Origin: a virus
Length of the DNA: 16,995 nucleotides
Virus genome (UHGV): UHGV-1578121
Reading direction: 5' to 3' (one strand)
Part shown: in pieces, positions 1-8,312 of the stretch
Layout of the letters: each line of letters begins with the position of its first letter
Numbering within the stretch: position 1 is the first letter of the stretch
The notes under the pieces: model-generated
Seen by the model: the letters and a program-made list of their open reading frames with translations, nothing else
Database searches by the model: none
What the model was told of the DNA's origin: nothing
Made by a program: the position numbers and the translations under genes

Positions 1-113
1 GCGGCGAAATGGCTCACGATATGGCGCATGTAATCAGCATGGTTGATGTTCAGTAGTGCGAACTTATCCGCCGTGTCGATGTACCGGACGGCAGGTTTGA
101 GGATGTCAGGCAT
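1..113 (-). CDS. partial CDS (N-terminus only, continues past window start); hypothetical protein
   Basis: ATG at 113 on minus strand, reads MPDILKPAVRYIDTADKFALLNINHADYMRHIVSHFAA and stays open to the window edge; start overlaps the stop of the upstream gene by 8 nt (operon-style coupling). Confidence 0.35.
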   Translation of the reverse strand, partial: MPDILKPAVRYIDTADKFALLNINHADYMRHIVSHFA

Positions 114-843
114 GTTCACGTTCTCCCAGGCGACGGGCCAGCCAGCGTTGGGCTAATTCGGTGAGACGTTCTTTACGTTCTGGCGTTGGCATATCCATAT
201 CCAGTAGCGCACAGTTACGGCTTTCCAGATACGCGAGCAACGCCAGTTGATCAGCGGTTATATGGTCACGAACTTTTTTTGATGGGATGCCGTTTTTTTT
301 GGCCCATACAGGCGGGTGCATCCCTAATACAAGGCGCGCAATGAAAGTACATTCGTTGTTATAAGCATGACCGTGTTGAGTGTCTCCAGTACGCTCTATG
401 TATCCCTTCATGGCATCCCCCATAGAGCGCATCTCAGCTTTGGCCTCACATCTCTCTGCTATCCAGTTAGCCATGCGGTTAAACTGCGCAATGTATGCCT
501 CTTTGAATGCAGCCGCTTTTTTTCCGGTAAATCCCATTGTTAAAAACACGAAGCCGTCTTTGGTGACTTCGTAGGCTCTCAATACGCGCCCCTTATGCTC
601 AAATTTAACCCGCCGAAAATTGCGGGTTAAAAATTCAGCAGAACAACACAGGTTTTCAATCCGGTTAACAACCTTATCGTGATCCTTTCTGAAAAATCGG
701 GCGATAGCCTGTGAAGTGGTTACAGGCTCACCGCCAGAAGGAAACACTTCCGGCGCAGTGAGTGCATTTTTATTTATTCCGTCAGCAATAATCTCATTGC
801 CGGAAATTACCGAAATAATTGCGGCGAAATCATAATTACGCAT
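106..843 (-). CDS. phage regulatory protein, Rha-like N-terminal domain (245 aa)
   Basis: Provided ORF; N-terminal segment VTTSQAIARFFRKDHDKVVNRIENL...GRVLRAYEVTKDGFVFLTMGFTGKKAAAFKEAYIAQFNRM matches the recalled Rha-domain pattern; overlaps upstream gene by 8 nt. Confidence 0.5.
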   Translation of the reverse strand: MRNYDFAAIISVISGNEIIADGINKNALTAPEVFPSGGEPVTTSQAIARFFRKDHDKVVNRIENLCCSAEFLTRNFRRVKFEHKGRVLRAYEVTKDGFVFLTMGFTGKKAAAFKEAYIAQFNRMANWIAERCEAKAEMRSMGDAMKGYIERTGDTQHGHAYNNECTFIARLVLGMHPPVWAKKNGIPSKKVRDHITADQLALLAYLESRNCALLDMDMPTPERKERLTELAQRWLARRLGEREHA

Positions 844-1351
844 GATTCACCCCCAGAGACGGCGCTGACGTCATCAGGCTGGCGAACGTCTCCATGCGGC
901 GAGCAACTTCCCGCACCGCTTCGGTCGGTGTCATGCCGTTCTGTATCGCCTCGTTAAAAGCCGATATCCCGATTTCTTGTACAACTGACAACAAATGAAA
1001 GCGGTGTTTTGTTTCGTCCTGCTTGAGGTGGCGCATATGTTCTGGGTTACGACCGCGAACAATGCGTAACAAGTAATCATGTTGCATTTCATTCAGCATA
1101 TAGCGCATTTCTGGGCGACCGCGCTTATGGCCTGATTTCAGACTATAGCGAGGCAATGCTCCCAGATCGCGTAACTGCTGCTGATGTTTTTTGATCGTCG
1201 CGCAAAGACTTTCGTGTTGTATTCCTGCTCGCTCAGAAATAACGCGGGAATCAATACGCGACTCTGCTTTGTGGCGAATCAATATATCGTTCTGGTTGAT
1301 TTCAGGCTGAACGAAGCCCTGCCCCTGTACGGGCATATTCGGACGTTTCAT
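836..1351 (-). CDS. hypothetical phage regulatory protein (171 aa), possibly Rha/antirepressor-related
   Basis: Provided ORF in the same operon as alpA and the Rha-like gene; basic protein with an RVISERAGIQHESL...GRPEMRYMLNEMQ segment loosely resembling the Rha pattern. Confidence 0.4.
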   Translation of the reverse strand: MKRPNMPVQGQGFVQPEINQNDILIRHKAESRIDSRVISERAGIQHESLCATIKKHQQQLRDLGALPRYSLKSGHKRGRPEMRYMLNEMQHDYLLRIVRGRNPEHMRHLKQDETKHRFHLLSVVQEIGISAFNEAIQNGMTPTEAVREVARRMETFASLMTSAPSLGVNHA

Positions 1352-1415
1352 TGAAAACTCCTGCTATCGGATCAGGTTTAGTGCTGGGGGAGAATATCCC
1401 CCTCCCAAAAGATTA

Positions 1416-1619
1416 TTACGCGGCGTTGTTGCGAGAAGCATCAATACGCTGGTTAATCCATTCGTCGACTTCACTTTCAATAAAAGCCACGGAGCGGGGA
1501 CCAATTTTTACCGGTTTAGGGAAGCGCCCCAGGCTGATCAGGCGATAAATCCATGCGCGACCGTAACCAGTACGGCGCATAACCTCAGAAAGACGGATGA
1601 ATGAATTGTTATTAGCCAT
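1416..1619 (-). CDS. alpA: AlpA-family phage transcriptional regulator / excisionase-like HTH protein (67 aa)
   Basis: Translation MANNNSFIRLSEVMRRTGYGRAWIYRLISLGRFPKPVKIGPRSVAFIESEVDEWINQR shows the hallmark IRL..V...TG......IY.......FP.P...G.RSV.W.E.EVDEWI pattern of AlpA/CP4-57 regulators; sits downstream of a P4-type integrase. Confidence 0.8.
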   Translation of the reverse strand: MANNNSFIRLSEVMRRTGYGRAWIYRLISLGRFPKPVKIGPRSVAFIESEVDEWINQRIDASRNNAA

Positions 1620-1707
1620 TTATCAATCTCCTTAATGTTGACGCGGAAATCCCCTCCTGTGGCTTAGCAAGAGTTTTATTTGCGTCAAATTACGAACACG
1701 ACAAAAA

Positions 1708-1731
1708 CCACAACATGAAAACATGTTGTGG
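1708..1731. promoter_or_regulatory. perfect palindrome CCACAACATG-AAAA-CATGTTGTGG, candidate operator upstream of alpA
   Basis: 10-bp perfect inverted arms with 4-bp spacer read directly from the sequence, about 90 bp upstream of the alpA start on the minus strand. Confidence 0.4.
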
Positions 1732-2261
1732 TATTGCATAAGATAAATTCAGATTGTTTGGTTGGTATGCTCCAGCAAGGTAGAGCTATTCCCGCTTTCG
1801 GCGGGGTCACACGATTAGGCGTGACGTCCAGTAGTTTTAAAGAGCGCTTTTTCAGTACATGGTGGACGGACAAGAGAGCAATTGCGCTTTGTCAGCGCCG
1901 TAGATTCATATTTGAATCGTTGTATGTTTCCCGATAGCAAATCTATCGGTCACTGCGGGACGAACCATCCCGCCGCATCAATGTTAAAGATCAACAGCAC
2001 TTTGCCAGCGCTCCACCGCCTCATGGATGAATCATTACATGCTTTGTAATAGTGCATGTATCACCATTCTTTCCTGCATCAGGAAAGCACTAAAGGCTGT
2101 TAAAGAGCATCCAGCTTTTCAGCTGCGTAGAAAACTCAATCTTCGTTGTTACAAAGAGCGCCCATACATGACGGATAACTGCGTGAAAAACCCTCTGTAA
2201 GGATGTTAGCTGTAGCTTTCCGTGTACGTTAGCATACATCTGTATACTTGTCCAGTCGTTT

Positions 2262-3476
2262 TTATGCACATACACTAAACTTGCCGTGCACCACGTTTCC
2301 GCCCTGTTCCAGTGAGTCCATATAGTCGGCGTACCACTGGAGCATCTCCCGCCGTCCGTCCAGATATTGCGCGTGATTGTATGTGCCACGGATCGAGTTT
2401 TTATCGACGTGCGCCAGCTGCGTTTCTATCCACGCGGAGTTATAACCCTGCTCATGCAAAATTGTACTCATGGTATGCCGGAACCCATGACCAGTAACGC
2501 GCCCAGCATAGCCAATACGACGAATAAGCACGTTCATCGCCATTTCACTCATCGGTTTACTGTGCTGTATTCGACCAGGGAAAATAAACGGATACTGCCC
2601 CGTCATGTGTTTCAGTTGTTCCAGAATAGCAATCGCCTGTTCTGAAAGCGGCACGCAATGAGGACGGCGCATTTTCATTCGTTCTTTCGGCACTTCCCAC
2701 AGACGATTATCAAAATCAATCTCCTGCCACTCTGCCTGCCGCAATTCACCCGGACGGAGTCCTGTAAGAATCAACAATCGCATACCCAGCTTGACGATCT
2801 GGCTTCCGGTGTACGTATTAAAAACGCGGAAAAATTCCGGTAGCTCATCAACTTTCAGATACGCGTAATGCTCTTTTTTGTGTGGTGCAAATGCGCTTGC
2901 CAGATCAGGAGCGGGGTTATATTCAGCGCGTCCGGTAATTATTGCGTACCGAAACACTTCGCCACATCGCTGGCGAACCTTACGCAATTTTTCAGTTGCG
3001 CCACGGTCATTAAGACGGGATAGAACCGCGAGCAATTCCATCGGCTTAATCTCTGCGATGGGCCTACCTCCAATGTACGGAAAAACGTCTTTTTCAAACG
3101 TCTCTATCATTTCCTCTGCATATGAGGGAGACCATCGGTCCAGGCGTTTTTCATACCACTCACGGGCGATCACCTCAAAGGTGTTACCGCATTTGTTCGC
3201 CTGTTCTCGCTTTTGGGCCTTTCTGACCTCACTCGGATTAACTCCACCAGCGATAAGCCTTTTGGCTTCATCCCTTGCCGTCCTGGCATCAGAAAGGGAC
3301 ACCTCAGGATAGACACCCAGCGACAACATTTTGGGCTTGCCTGCAAACCTGTATCGCAATCGCCAGCCCTTCGAACCGTTCGGCTCAATGAGTAACGAAA
3401 GCCCGTTGCCGTCATTGAGTGTATAGGCTTTCTCTTTTGGCTTCGCGCGGCGGATAGCAAGGTCTGAAAGCAACAT
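2262..3476 (-). CDS. int: P4-type tyrosine integrase (site-specific recombinase)
   Basis: Translation begins MLLSDLAIRRAKPKEKAYTLNDGNGLSLLIEPNGSKGWRLRYRFAGKPK (classic P4-integrase N-terminus) and ends with catalytic motifs HGFRHT...LAHVDKNSIRGTYNHAQY; start placed at the internal ATG 3476 (GGGGG upstream) rather than ORF-track 3515, which has no RBS. Confidence 0.9.
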   Translation of the reverse strand: MLLSDLAIRRAKPKEKAYTLNDGNGLSLLIEPNGSKGWRLRYRFAGKPKMLSLGVYPEVSLSDARTARDEAKRLIAGGVNPSEVRKAQKREQANKCGNTFEVIAREWYEKRLDRWSPSYAEEMIETFEKDVFPYIGGRPIAEIKPMELLAVLSRLNDRGATEKLRKVRQRCGEVFRYAIITGRAEYNPAPDLASAFAPHKKEHYAYLKVDELPEFFRVFNTYTGSQIVKLGMRLLILTGLRPGELRQAEWQEIDFDNRLWEVPKERMKMRRPHCVPLSEQAIAILEQLKHMTGQYPFIFPGRIQHSKPMSEMAMNVLIRRIGYAGRVTGHGFRHTMSTILHEQGYNSAWIETQLAHVDKNSIRGTYNHAQYLDGRREMLQWYADYMDSLEQGGNVVHGKFSVCA

Positions 3477-3533
3477 GTGTATAGCCCCCAAAAAACGATT
3501 TTGTCCTATACGCATTACTATACACTTCTGTGT

Positions 3534-3632
3534 GTAGATTTAGGTAGATGACTGTAGACGGTTGTAGACGAGGAAAAACGCTGGAGGCCTTGATATTCGG
3601 GGGATTGGTAGACTTTAGTAGACGTTGGTAGA
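3534..3632. repeat. array of seven direct GTAGA(C/T) repeats phased at 10 bp (3534, 3544, 3554, 3564 and 3608, 3618, 3628); candidate integrase arm-type or accessory-protein binding sites
   Basis: Read directly: tGTAGAttta gGTAGAtgac tGTAGAcggt tGTAGAcgag ... gGTAGActtt aGTAGAcgtt gGTAGAtgtt; lies between the integrase start and the tRNA-like core. Confidence 0.6.
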
Positions 3633-3640
3633 TGTTTGTT

Positions 3641-3662
3641 TGGAGCGGGCGAAGGGAATCGA
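3641..3662 (-). other. 22-nt partial tRNA 3' end (T-loop to CCA), tRNA-Gly-like; att core/junction direct repeat
   Basis: Reverse complement of 3641-3662 is TCGATTCCCTTCGCCCGCTCCA = T-loop remnant + T-stem 3' strand + acceptor 3' strand + discriminator + CCA; sequence further 5' does not continue as a tRNA. Assignment to tRNA-Gly(CCC) is from memory and unverified. Confidence 0.55.
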
Positions 3663-3747
3663 GGAAACCCATAATAACCTGCTGTAAAATAAAGATTTTG
3701 TGATCAATCATAGGTAACTGATTACGTGATAATAGAGGATCATTATC

Positions 3748-4968
3748 GTGTCGATCAAGAGCCAAGCATACTTATTTAAAAGAAAAGATGGGATCTGGAT
3801 GTTTCAGATTTTTGTTCCTAAATACTTACGTCATCTTTACCCTTATAAGTTGTGGAGAAAAAGCACATCTACACGAGATCTGAATGAGGCGAGAAGATTC
3901 AGAAACCATCTATTATTAGAATGGGAGGAACTAAAGCGGAAACATAATCCTGATAACCCCGAAAGGAGGTTACAACAAGCTATTGAATCCTTACATTCAG
4001 AGGCAAGGGCCAATAAAAACACGCAAAGAGCCGTAAAACGCGGTTATGCACCGCCTTCCCTGTGCCTAATACGTGACGAATACGCCGAATGCTACAGAGA
4101 GCGTCGTTCATACTCAACACTACAGAAATCAGCAAGGGCCGTTGAGCTATTTTTACAAAGCATTCAGAAAGATGATATTCATATTGAGAAAATAGGCAGA
4201 CGGCTTGTAACAGTATTCTTAGATGACCAGAAGCAACGAGGAGCAGCCGATCAATCTCGTCAAAACTGGCTTACATGCTTAGGATCGCTCTATGAATTTG
4301 CTAAACGCCGTTATGACGGAATACCAGACAGTAACCCTTTTCACGGTCATAACCTCGAAGCACGTCGCACAATCGAGAGTTATCAACCGTTTACACCTGA
4401 ACAAATGCAAAAGCTACTTGATGCAGCGGAGCCGGAGATCAGAAATATTATCTTAATGGGCTTGTTTTCAGGGGCCAGATTAGACGAACTGGCAAGCCTG
4501 AAAAAGTCAGAGATTGTAACTGTGGAAGGAATACGCTGTTTTTATATCAGCAAGAGTAAGACTAAGGCAGGGATCAGACACGTTCCGATACATTCGAGAC
4601 TATCGATTATTGTCGATGAATATTTAAATCATAATTATGGTGAATATTTGTTCCCTCATTCAAATAAAGTAAAAAGAACCGACGGTAAGAAAGGCCCGTT
4701 CTATTCTCAAGCGTTCTCACGTTTACGTCGTAGCGTCTTGCCAATCGCTACAAATAGACAATGCTTTCACAGCTTGCGCGGGATGTTTATCACTTGTCTT
4801 GATCGTGCAGGAGTGCCTGAACAGCGGATCGGAGCCATTACCGGACATACAGAGCAGATAGCTAAAACAGAAGCCTTTCGCACCTACTCACAAGGGGCAA
4901 GCATTCCAGAATTAGCTGAATATGTAGAATTAGTAAAATATGAATTAAATATTGATTTTAAGGCGTAA
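3748..4968 (+). CDS. tyrosine recombinase / phage-type integrase (406 aa), second integrase, divergent from the P4-type one
   Basis: GTG start with AGAGGA upstream; C-terminal catalytic region contains HSLRGMFIT (H-x-x-R) and GHTEQIAKTEAFRTYSQ (His and Tyr); visibly more AT-rich codon usage than the left integrase. Confidence 0.8.
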   Translation: MSIKSQAYLFKRKDGIWMFQIFVPKYLRHLYPYKLWRKSTSTRDLNEARRFRNHLLLEWEELKRKHNPDNPERRLQQAIESLHSEARANKNTQRAVKRGYAPPSLCLIRDEYAECYRERRSYSTLQKSARAVELFLQSIQKDDIHIEKIGRRLVTVFLDDQKQRGAADQSRQNWLTCLGSLYEFAKRRYDGIPDSNPFHGHNLEARRTIESYQPFTPEQMQKLLDAAEPEIRNIILMGLFSGARLDELASLKKSEIVTVEGIRCFYISKSKTKAGIRHVPIHSRLSIIVDEYLNHNYGEYLFPHSNKVKRTDGKKGPFYSQAFSRLRRSVLPIATNRQCFHSLRGMFITCLDRAGVPEQRIGAITGHTEQIAKTEAFRTYSQGASIPELAEYVELVKYELNIDFKA

Positions 4969-4988
4969 AACAACGCCATAAACGTAAT

Positions 4989-5020
4989 AAAAAGGCTTCC
5001 TTGTAATGGGAGCCTCTTAT
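4989..5020. terminator. bidirectional intrinsic terminator between convergent genes
   Basis: aaaaaGGCTTCCttgtaatGGGAGCCtcttatat: imperfect GC stem flanked by an A-run on one side and a T-rich run on the other; sits between the stop of the plus-strand integrase (4968) and the stop of the minus-strand 613-aa gene (5076). Confidence 0.5.
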
Positions 5021-5075
5021 ATGCTTAATTCCTTACAAGAGTGTTTTAGATTGTGATTAAATATTCTCTTTATCA

Positions 5076-6917
5076 TTAACTTGGTGCTTGCCCAGACAGA
5101 GCCGCCAACGTGAAACTACGTTCAAAATCTTGTTGGATACTTCCCACTTTGTAATCGAGGTATGATCCAAGCTGACTACCATCAGGGGCGATATTCACAT
5201 CCACCTTGCTTTCCGGCACGTTTACGACGATGTTCGGTGCATACGTCATAGATGGGGTAGTGTTCAGATCACGGCTAACGTTCTGTTTCAAGGATTGCAC
5301 GTTATCGGATGGGCTGGAATAGTTCTGAATTGCAGTGCCGCCAGTTGTTGGCTTGTCTTCCGTGCCAGGGATAGGTGATAAGCCTAAAGCACTACGACCC
5401 CAATCAACCATACCCCCTACAAACGAGTCCTTATAATACATACCGGACGAATCCAATTGCTCGTGCTTATTCTCTGGATTGATTTTTTGATATGCAGCAG
5501 TGATCCACGATACAGCACCAGCAAAGGCGCTCATCATTTCAGCCGTTGAGCTTCCAAGTTCTCTAAACAGAGGATTGAGATCTTTCAGCATTTGCGCCCA
5601 CTCTTCACCAGCTTTCGCGTCGAATTCTTCACCGAATCCCGTCATGATAGCTTTCTTACTACCTTCCCAGGCCATATTCATATTGGCTTGCACTGCCTGG
5701 AGACGTTCAGCAGCGTCCAGATCCGCTTGTGTATAGGTGGCATTGGCTTTTTGCATCTTAACGATGGTTTTGTTTAGCTCTTCACCGTTACGACTGAAAG
5801 CACCACGGAAATATTGTAAATCATTTCCAAGATCTTCAAGAATATGACCTATTTCCTGATCAGAGAGTCCACGGCGTTCTCCTTCTTTCACTACAGCGCC
5901 CAGGAAACCTAATGGATCAGTCTGGAAACCTTTAACCTGTTCAGGACTCCAACCATATTTATTAAGGATGTTATCAACGGCACCGTTACCGCCAGCCCAG
6001 CGACCTTTTTTAGCGTCCCATTTGGTATTCCCTACGGATTCACCTAAACGCTCTTGAACGTCTTTAAGGTTATCTTGACGTTGAGAGACGGAACTATCAA
6101 CACCGTGTTCTAAGCCGTACTGGTTGAGTGCTAACAGGGCGTTAGTGTTGACGTTTACAGCCTTTGCCTTGCGGTTAGTGTCTGTGATCTTGCTTGCCTG
6201 ATCGGTTACGGTATTGAATATCGCAGCACCGCCGAGAGTAGCAGCAGTGAGAGCAGCACCGCCCGCCATTGCACCTACACTACCGCCCATATGACCGCCT
6301 TTAAGCTGTTTAGCCATATGTGGATACTTGCCACCATCAGCCGCCACCTGGCGAGCTTTTACAGCAGCCGCACGGCGTTCTAACGTGATACGATCACGGA
6401 TCAGGTGATTCATCTTAGCCTGACTAATAACGCCTTTCTCATACGCTGCCGTTTGTGCTTTGATGTACTGTAATGTTTTGTAGTATTGGGCGGAGTCCAT
6501 ACCGTCACCCATACGCCCCTTCTTGATGCCTTCAAGCTGTCTAAAAGCTTGCTGGCGTTTAATCTCTGCTTTCTCTGCTATCGTTGCTTTAGCGCGGATC
6601 TGTTTATCGGCAGCTATCGCGGCTTTAGCCTTCGCTTTAGCTTCTGCCTTTGCCACCTTATCAGCATTCTTCTTATCTGTTTGAGCTTGCTTGTCTGACG
6701 CTTTAGCATCAGCTTTAGCCTGTGCAGCTTTACGGGCCTTTACCAGATCGTTAGCATCGTCTATAGCTCGTTTAGCCTTCTTCCCTTTCAATGTTGGATT
6801 GGTTAGGTTTTCCATTTCTTTCTGAAATTTCTTACCTGCATCGCGTGCTTTCTGTAATGATGCAAAATCAACTTTAAAAACGACGCGGTTCGTTAAGGTT
6901 GAGATGTTCAACTCCAT
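5076..6917 (-). CDS. large Lys/Ala-rich coiled-coil protein with a Gly-rich hydrophobic segment; tape-measure-like / virion structural protein (613 aa)
   Basis: AAGGAAAA RBS before ATG 6917; N-terminal KAxAKA-type low-complexity coiled coil, then GGHMGGSVGAMAGGAALTAATLGGAAIF glycine-rich hydrophobic stretch as seen in tail tape-measure proteins; function inferred from composition only. Confidence 0.4.
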   Translation of the reverse strand: MELNISTLTNRVVFKVDFASLQKARDAGKKFQKEMENLTNPTLKGKKAKRAIDDANDLVKARKAAQAKADAKASDKQAQTDKKNADKVAKAEAKAKAKAAIAADKQIRAKATIAEKAEIKRQQAFRQLEGIKKGRMGDGMDSAQYYKTLQYIKAQTAAYEKGVISQAKMNHLIRDRITLERRAAAVKARQVAADGGKYPHMAKQLKGGHMGGSVGAMAGGAALTAATLGGAAIFNTVTDQASKITDTNRKAKAVNVNTNALLALNQYGLEHGVDSSVSQRQDNLKDVQERLGESVGNTKWDAKKGRWAGGNGAVDNILNKYGWSPEQVKGFQTDPLGFLGAVVKEGERRGLSDQEIGHILEDLGNDLQYFRGAFSRNGEELNKTIVKMQKANATYTQADLDAAERLQAVQANMNMAWEGSKKAIMTGFGEEFDAKAGEEWAQMLKDLNPLFRELGSSTAEMMSAFAGAVSWITAAYQKINPENKHEQLDSSGMYYKDSFVGGMVDWGRSALGLSPIPGTEDKPTTGGTAIQNYSSPSDNVQSLKQNVSRDLNTTPSMTYAPNIVVNVPESKVDVNIAPDGSQLGSYLDYKVGSIQQDFERSFTLAALSGQAPS

Positions 6918-6935
6918 AATATTTTCCTTTATCTC

Positions 6936-7151
6936 TTATTTATTCTGTTTTAATACGTAATATTGCACTGCTTCCATAGCGGAGCAGCCCGTAGCAAAAA
7001 TTCTTTGACGTACAGCGGTATTGCTGATCCCTAAAAACTTACATACTTGTGAGATATTTAGAATATCTTCCGGTAAGGTGGAAACAGCTTTCAAGATTTC
7101 AACTGGATTGTTATTTTGTGTGTTCATGGTTTTCTCACTTTTATTCGACAT
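6936..7151 (-). CDS. small HTH DNA-binding protein (71 aa; possibly starts at internal Met, ATG 7127)
   Basis: Contains ISQVCKFLGISNTAVRQRI, a typical helix-turn-helix of excisionase/AlpA-like small regulators; no clear SD at either candidate start. Confidence 0.45.
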   Translation of the reverse strand: MSNKSEKTMNTQNNNPVEILKAVSTLPEDILNISQVCKFLGISNTAVRQRIFATGCSAMEAVQYYVLKQNK

Positions 7152-7265
7152 TAGAAAACAAAAAGGGCAAAGAGATCAGAGCATATTTTGCGTATATGGT
7201 TAATCCCTTCGCCCTTATTGCCTGTTTTATTTCCAGTCGCACAGGAAACGACTATTAACGCTTTA

Positions 7266-8294
7266 TTACGATACAGTGATCTGTACGGTGAAGCCTACGC
7301 CGTGGTTTACAACCATCTGGCTATTCTCGGTAACTACGTTTACAGCGTCGTTACGTGCTGGGCTAAATGCATAGCTGTAATATTCAGCCGCGCCAGAATT
7401 CAGCAGGTCGAACGTTGAAGACGGAGCGCCGTAGATGTTCTGGTAAACGTTAGAGCCTTTAGCGAACTTCGGAACAGCAACCGCATCAGAAGTCATATGA
7501 GCCAGCAGCAGCGGATCGGTGACTTTGATGATATCAATGTTAGTGCCTGGAATAGTGAAGGTAGTCACACCTGGCAGCAGGGAGCGCACGCTATAAACGA
7601 TGTTTGCGTCATCGGTAGGGCTTGCATACTGGAACGCGTTAACCATGCCAGCACTATAACGGATAGCGTTGAAAGCGGCAGGTTTACAGAATACTACGAT
7701 ACGTTCTACAGCCGCTGCCTGACTTTGGGCCTTAGTGATAACGTCTGTATGCAATTGATCGAATTGCTGGAACACCGTAGAAGGTGTGGTGCTTGATGCG
7801 TCGATGGTTGCAGTCAGAGGAACAGCACTAAACAGATCGCCCCACTGGATCAGCACATCATCAGTTTTAGGGGTGTAAGTTTTACCACTGAACAAGGAAG
7901 CGGCTAATATGCTTTCTTTAGTACGCTGGAAAGCGATGTGATGCTTAGCAACATATTCCGCGTAGATATCTGTCAGAGTTTCTTCAACGGTAGCGCCTGG
8001 CTTACGTTTGCCTTGTACGTCTTGCGGTTTAATCACATCTTCACGCAGGAAGTAAGGGATTTCTACCAGCCATTCTTTACCCTGTTCACGCTTAGTTACG
8101 TTGTGTTCAGAAGAGAAACGAGAGGTTTCTTTGTTGAACAGAGATTCGTTAGTTTCTACCAGTTGGCTAACAGCCACTTTATGAGAACTCACGCCTACTG
8201 GATCAGTAAAGTCGAGAGAAGTTAACAGGAAGTTACGAGAGTCATGCAGACTAAACAGCGGAGCCAGATCGACGGATTCATTACCAATAATCAT
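7266..8294 (-). CDS. major capsid protein, lambda gpE-like (342 aa)
   Basis: AAGGAA RBS; length 342 aa vs 341 for lambda E; collinear local resemblances recalled against lambda E (APLFSLHDS vs DPLFLRLFF; ERIVVFCKPAAF vs VNIIVFDPKGWALF); immediately preceded by a ~120-aa gene in the D position. Confidence 0.55.
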   Translation of the reverse strand: MIIGNESVDLAPLFSLHDSRNFLLTSLDFTDPVGVSSHKVAVSQLVETNESLFNKETSRFSSEHNVTKREQGKEWLVEIPYFLREDVIKPQDVQGKRKPGATVEETLTDIYAEYVAKHHIAFQRTKESILAASLFSGKTYTPKTDDVLIQWGDLFSAVPLTATIDASSTTPSTVFQQFDQLHTDVITKAQSQAAAVERIVVFCKPAAFNAIRYSAGMVNAFQYASPTDDANIVYSVRSLLPGVTTFTIPGTNIDIIKVTDPLLLAHMTSDAVAVPKFAKGSNVYQNIYGAPSSTFDLLNSGAAEYYSYAFSPARNDAVNVVTENSQMVVNHGVGFTVQITVS

Positions 8295-8312
8295 TATGTT
8301 TATTCCTTTATA

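Noticed and set aside
380-574. Plus-strand 64-aa ORF inside the Rha-like gene, and similar antisense ORFs (2312..2497, 2367..2645, 2878..3312, 3170..3460, 3213..3395, 5500..5736, 5592..5777, 6486..6698, 7497..7796, 7938..8225, 8244..8624, 8320..8715, 10053..10340, 10151..10369, 11691..11873, 14694..14879, 15477..15770, 16097..16285, 16637..16849)
   Set aside because: All lie antisense to or nested in much longer, better-supported genes, lack ribosome-binding sites and have low-complexity translations; treated as shadow ORFs.
1620-2261. Protein-coding ORFs in the int-alpA intergenic region (1685..1873, 1728..1937, 2090..2389)
   Set aside because: Mutually overlapping on opposite strands, without ribosome-binding sites, with odd Cys/Trp/His-rich translations, and one overlaps the integrase 3' end; the region is better explained as regulatory DNA.
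3477-3515. ORF-track start of the P4-type integrase at 3515 (MRIGQNRFLGAIH...)
   Set aside because: No ribosome-binding site precedes it, whereas the internal ATG at 3476 has a G-rich site and yields the canonical P4-integrase N-terminus; the shorter CDS 2262..3476 was annotated.
3641-3720. A complete tRNA gene on the minus strand starting from the 3' end at 3641
   Set aside because: Only the last 22 nt are tRNA-like; the sequence 5' of it (reverse complement of 3663-3720) is AT-rich and has no D-arm or anticodon-arm structure, so this is a partial att-core copy.
7202-7214. 12 of 13 nt match (aATCCCTTCGCCC) to the tRNA-like att core, in inverted orientation, between the capsid gene and the HTH gene
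   Set aside because: Too short to support a second att site, and the inverted orientation does not fit simple tandem integration; noted only as a possible remnant.
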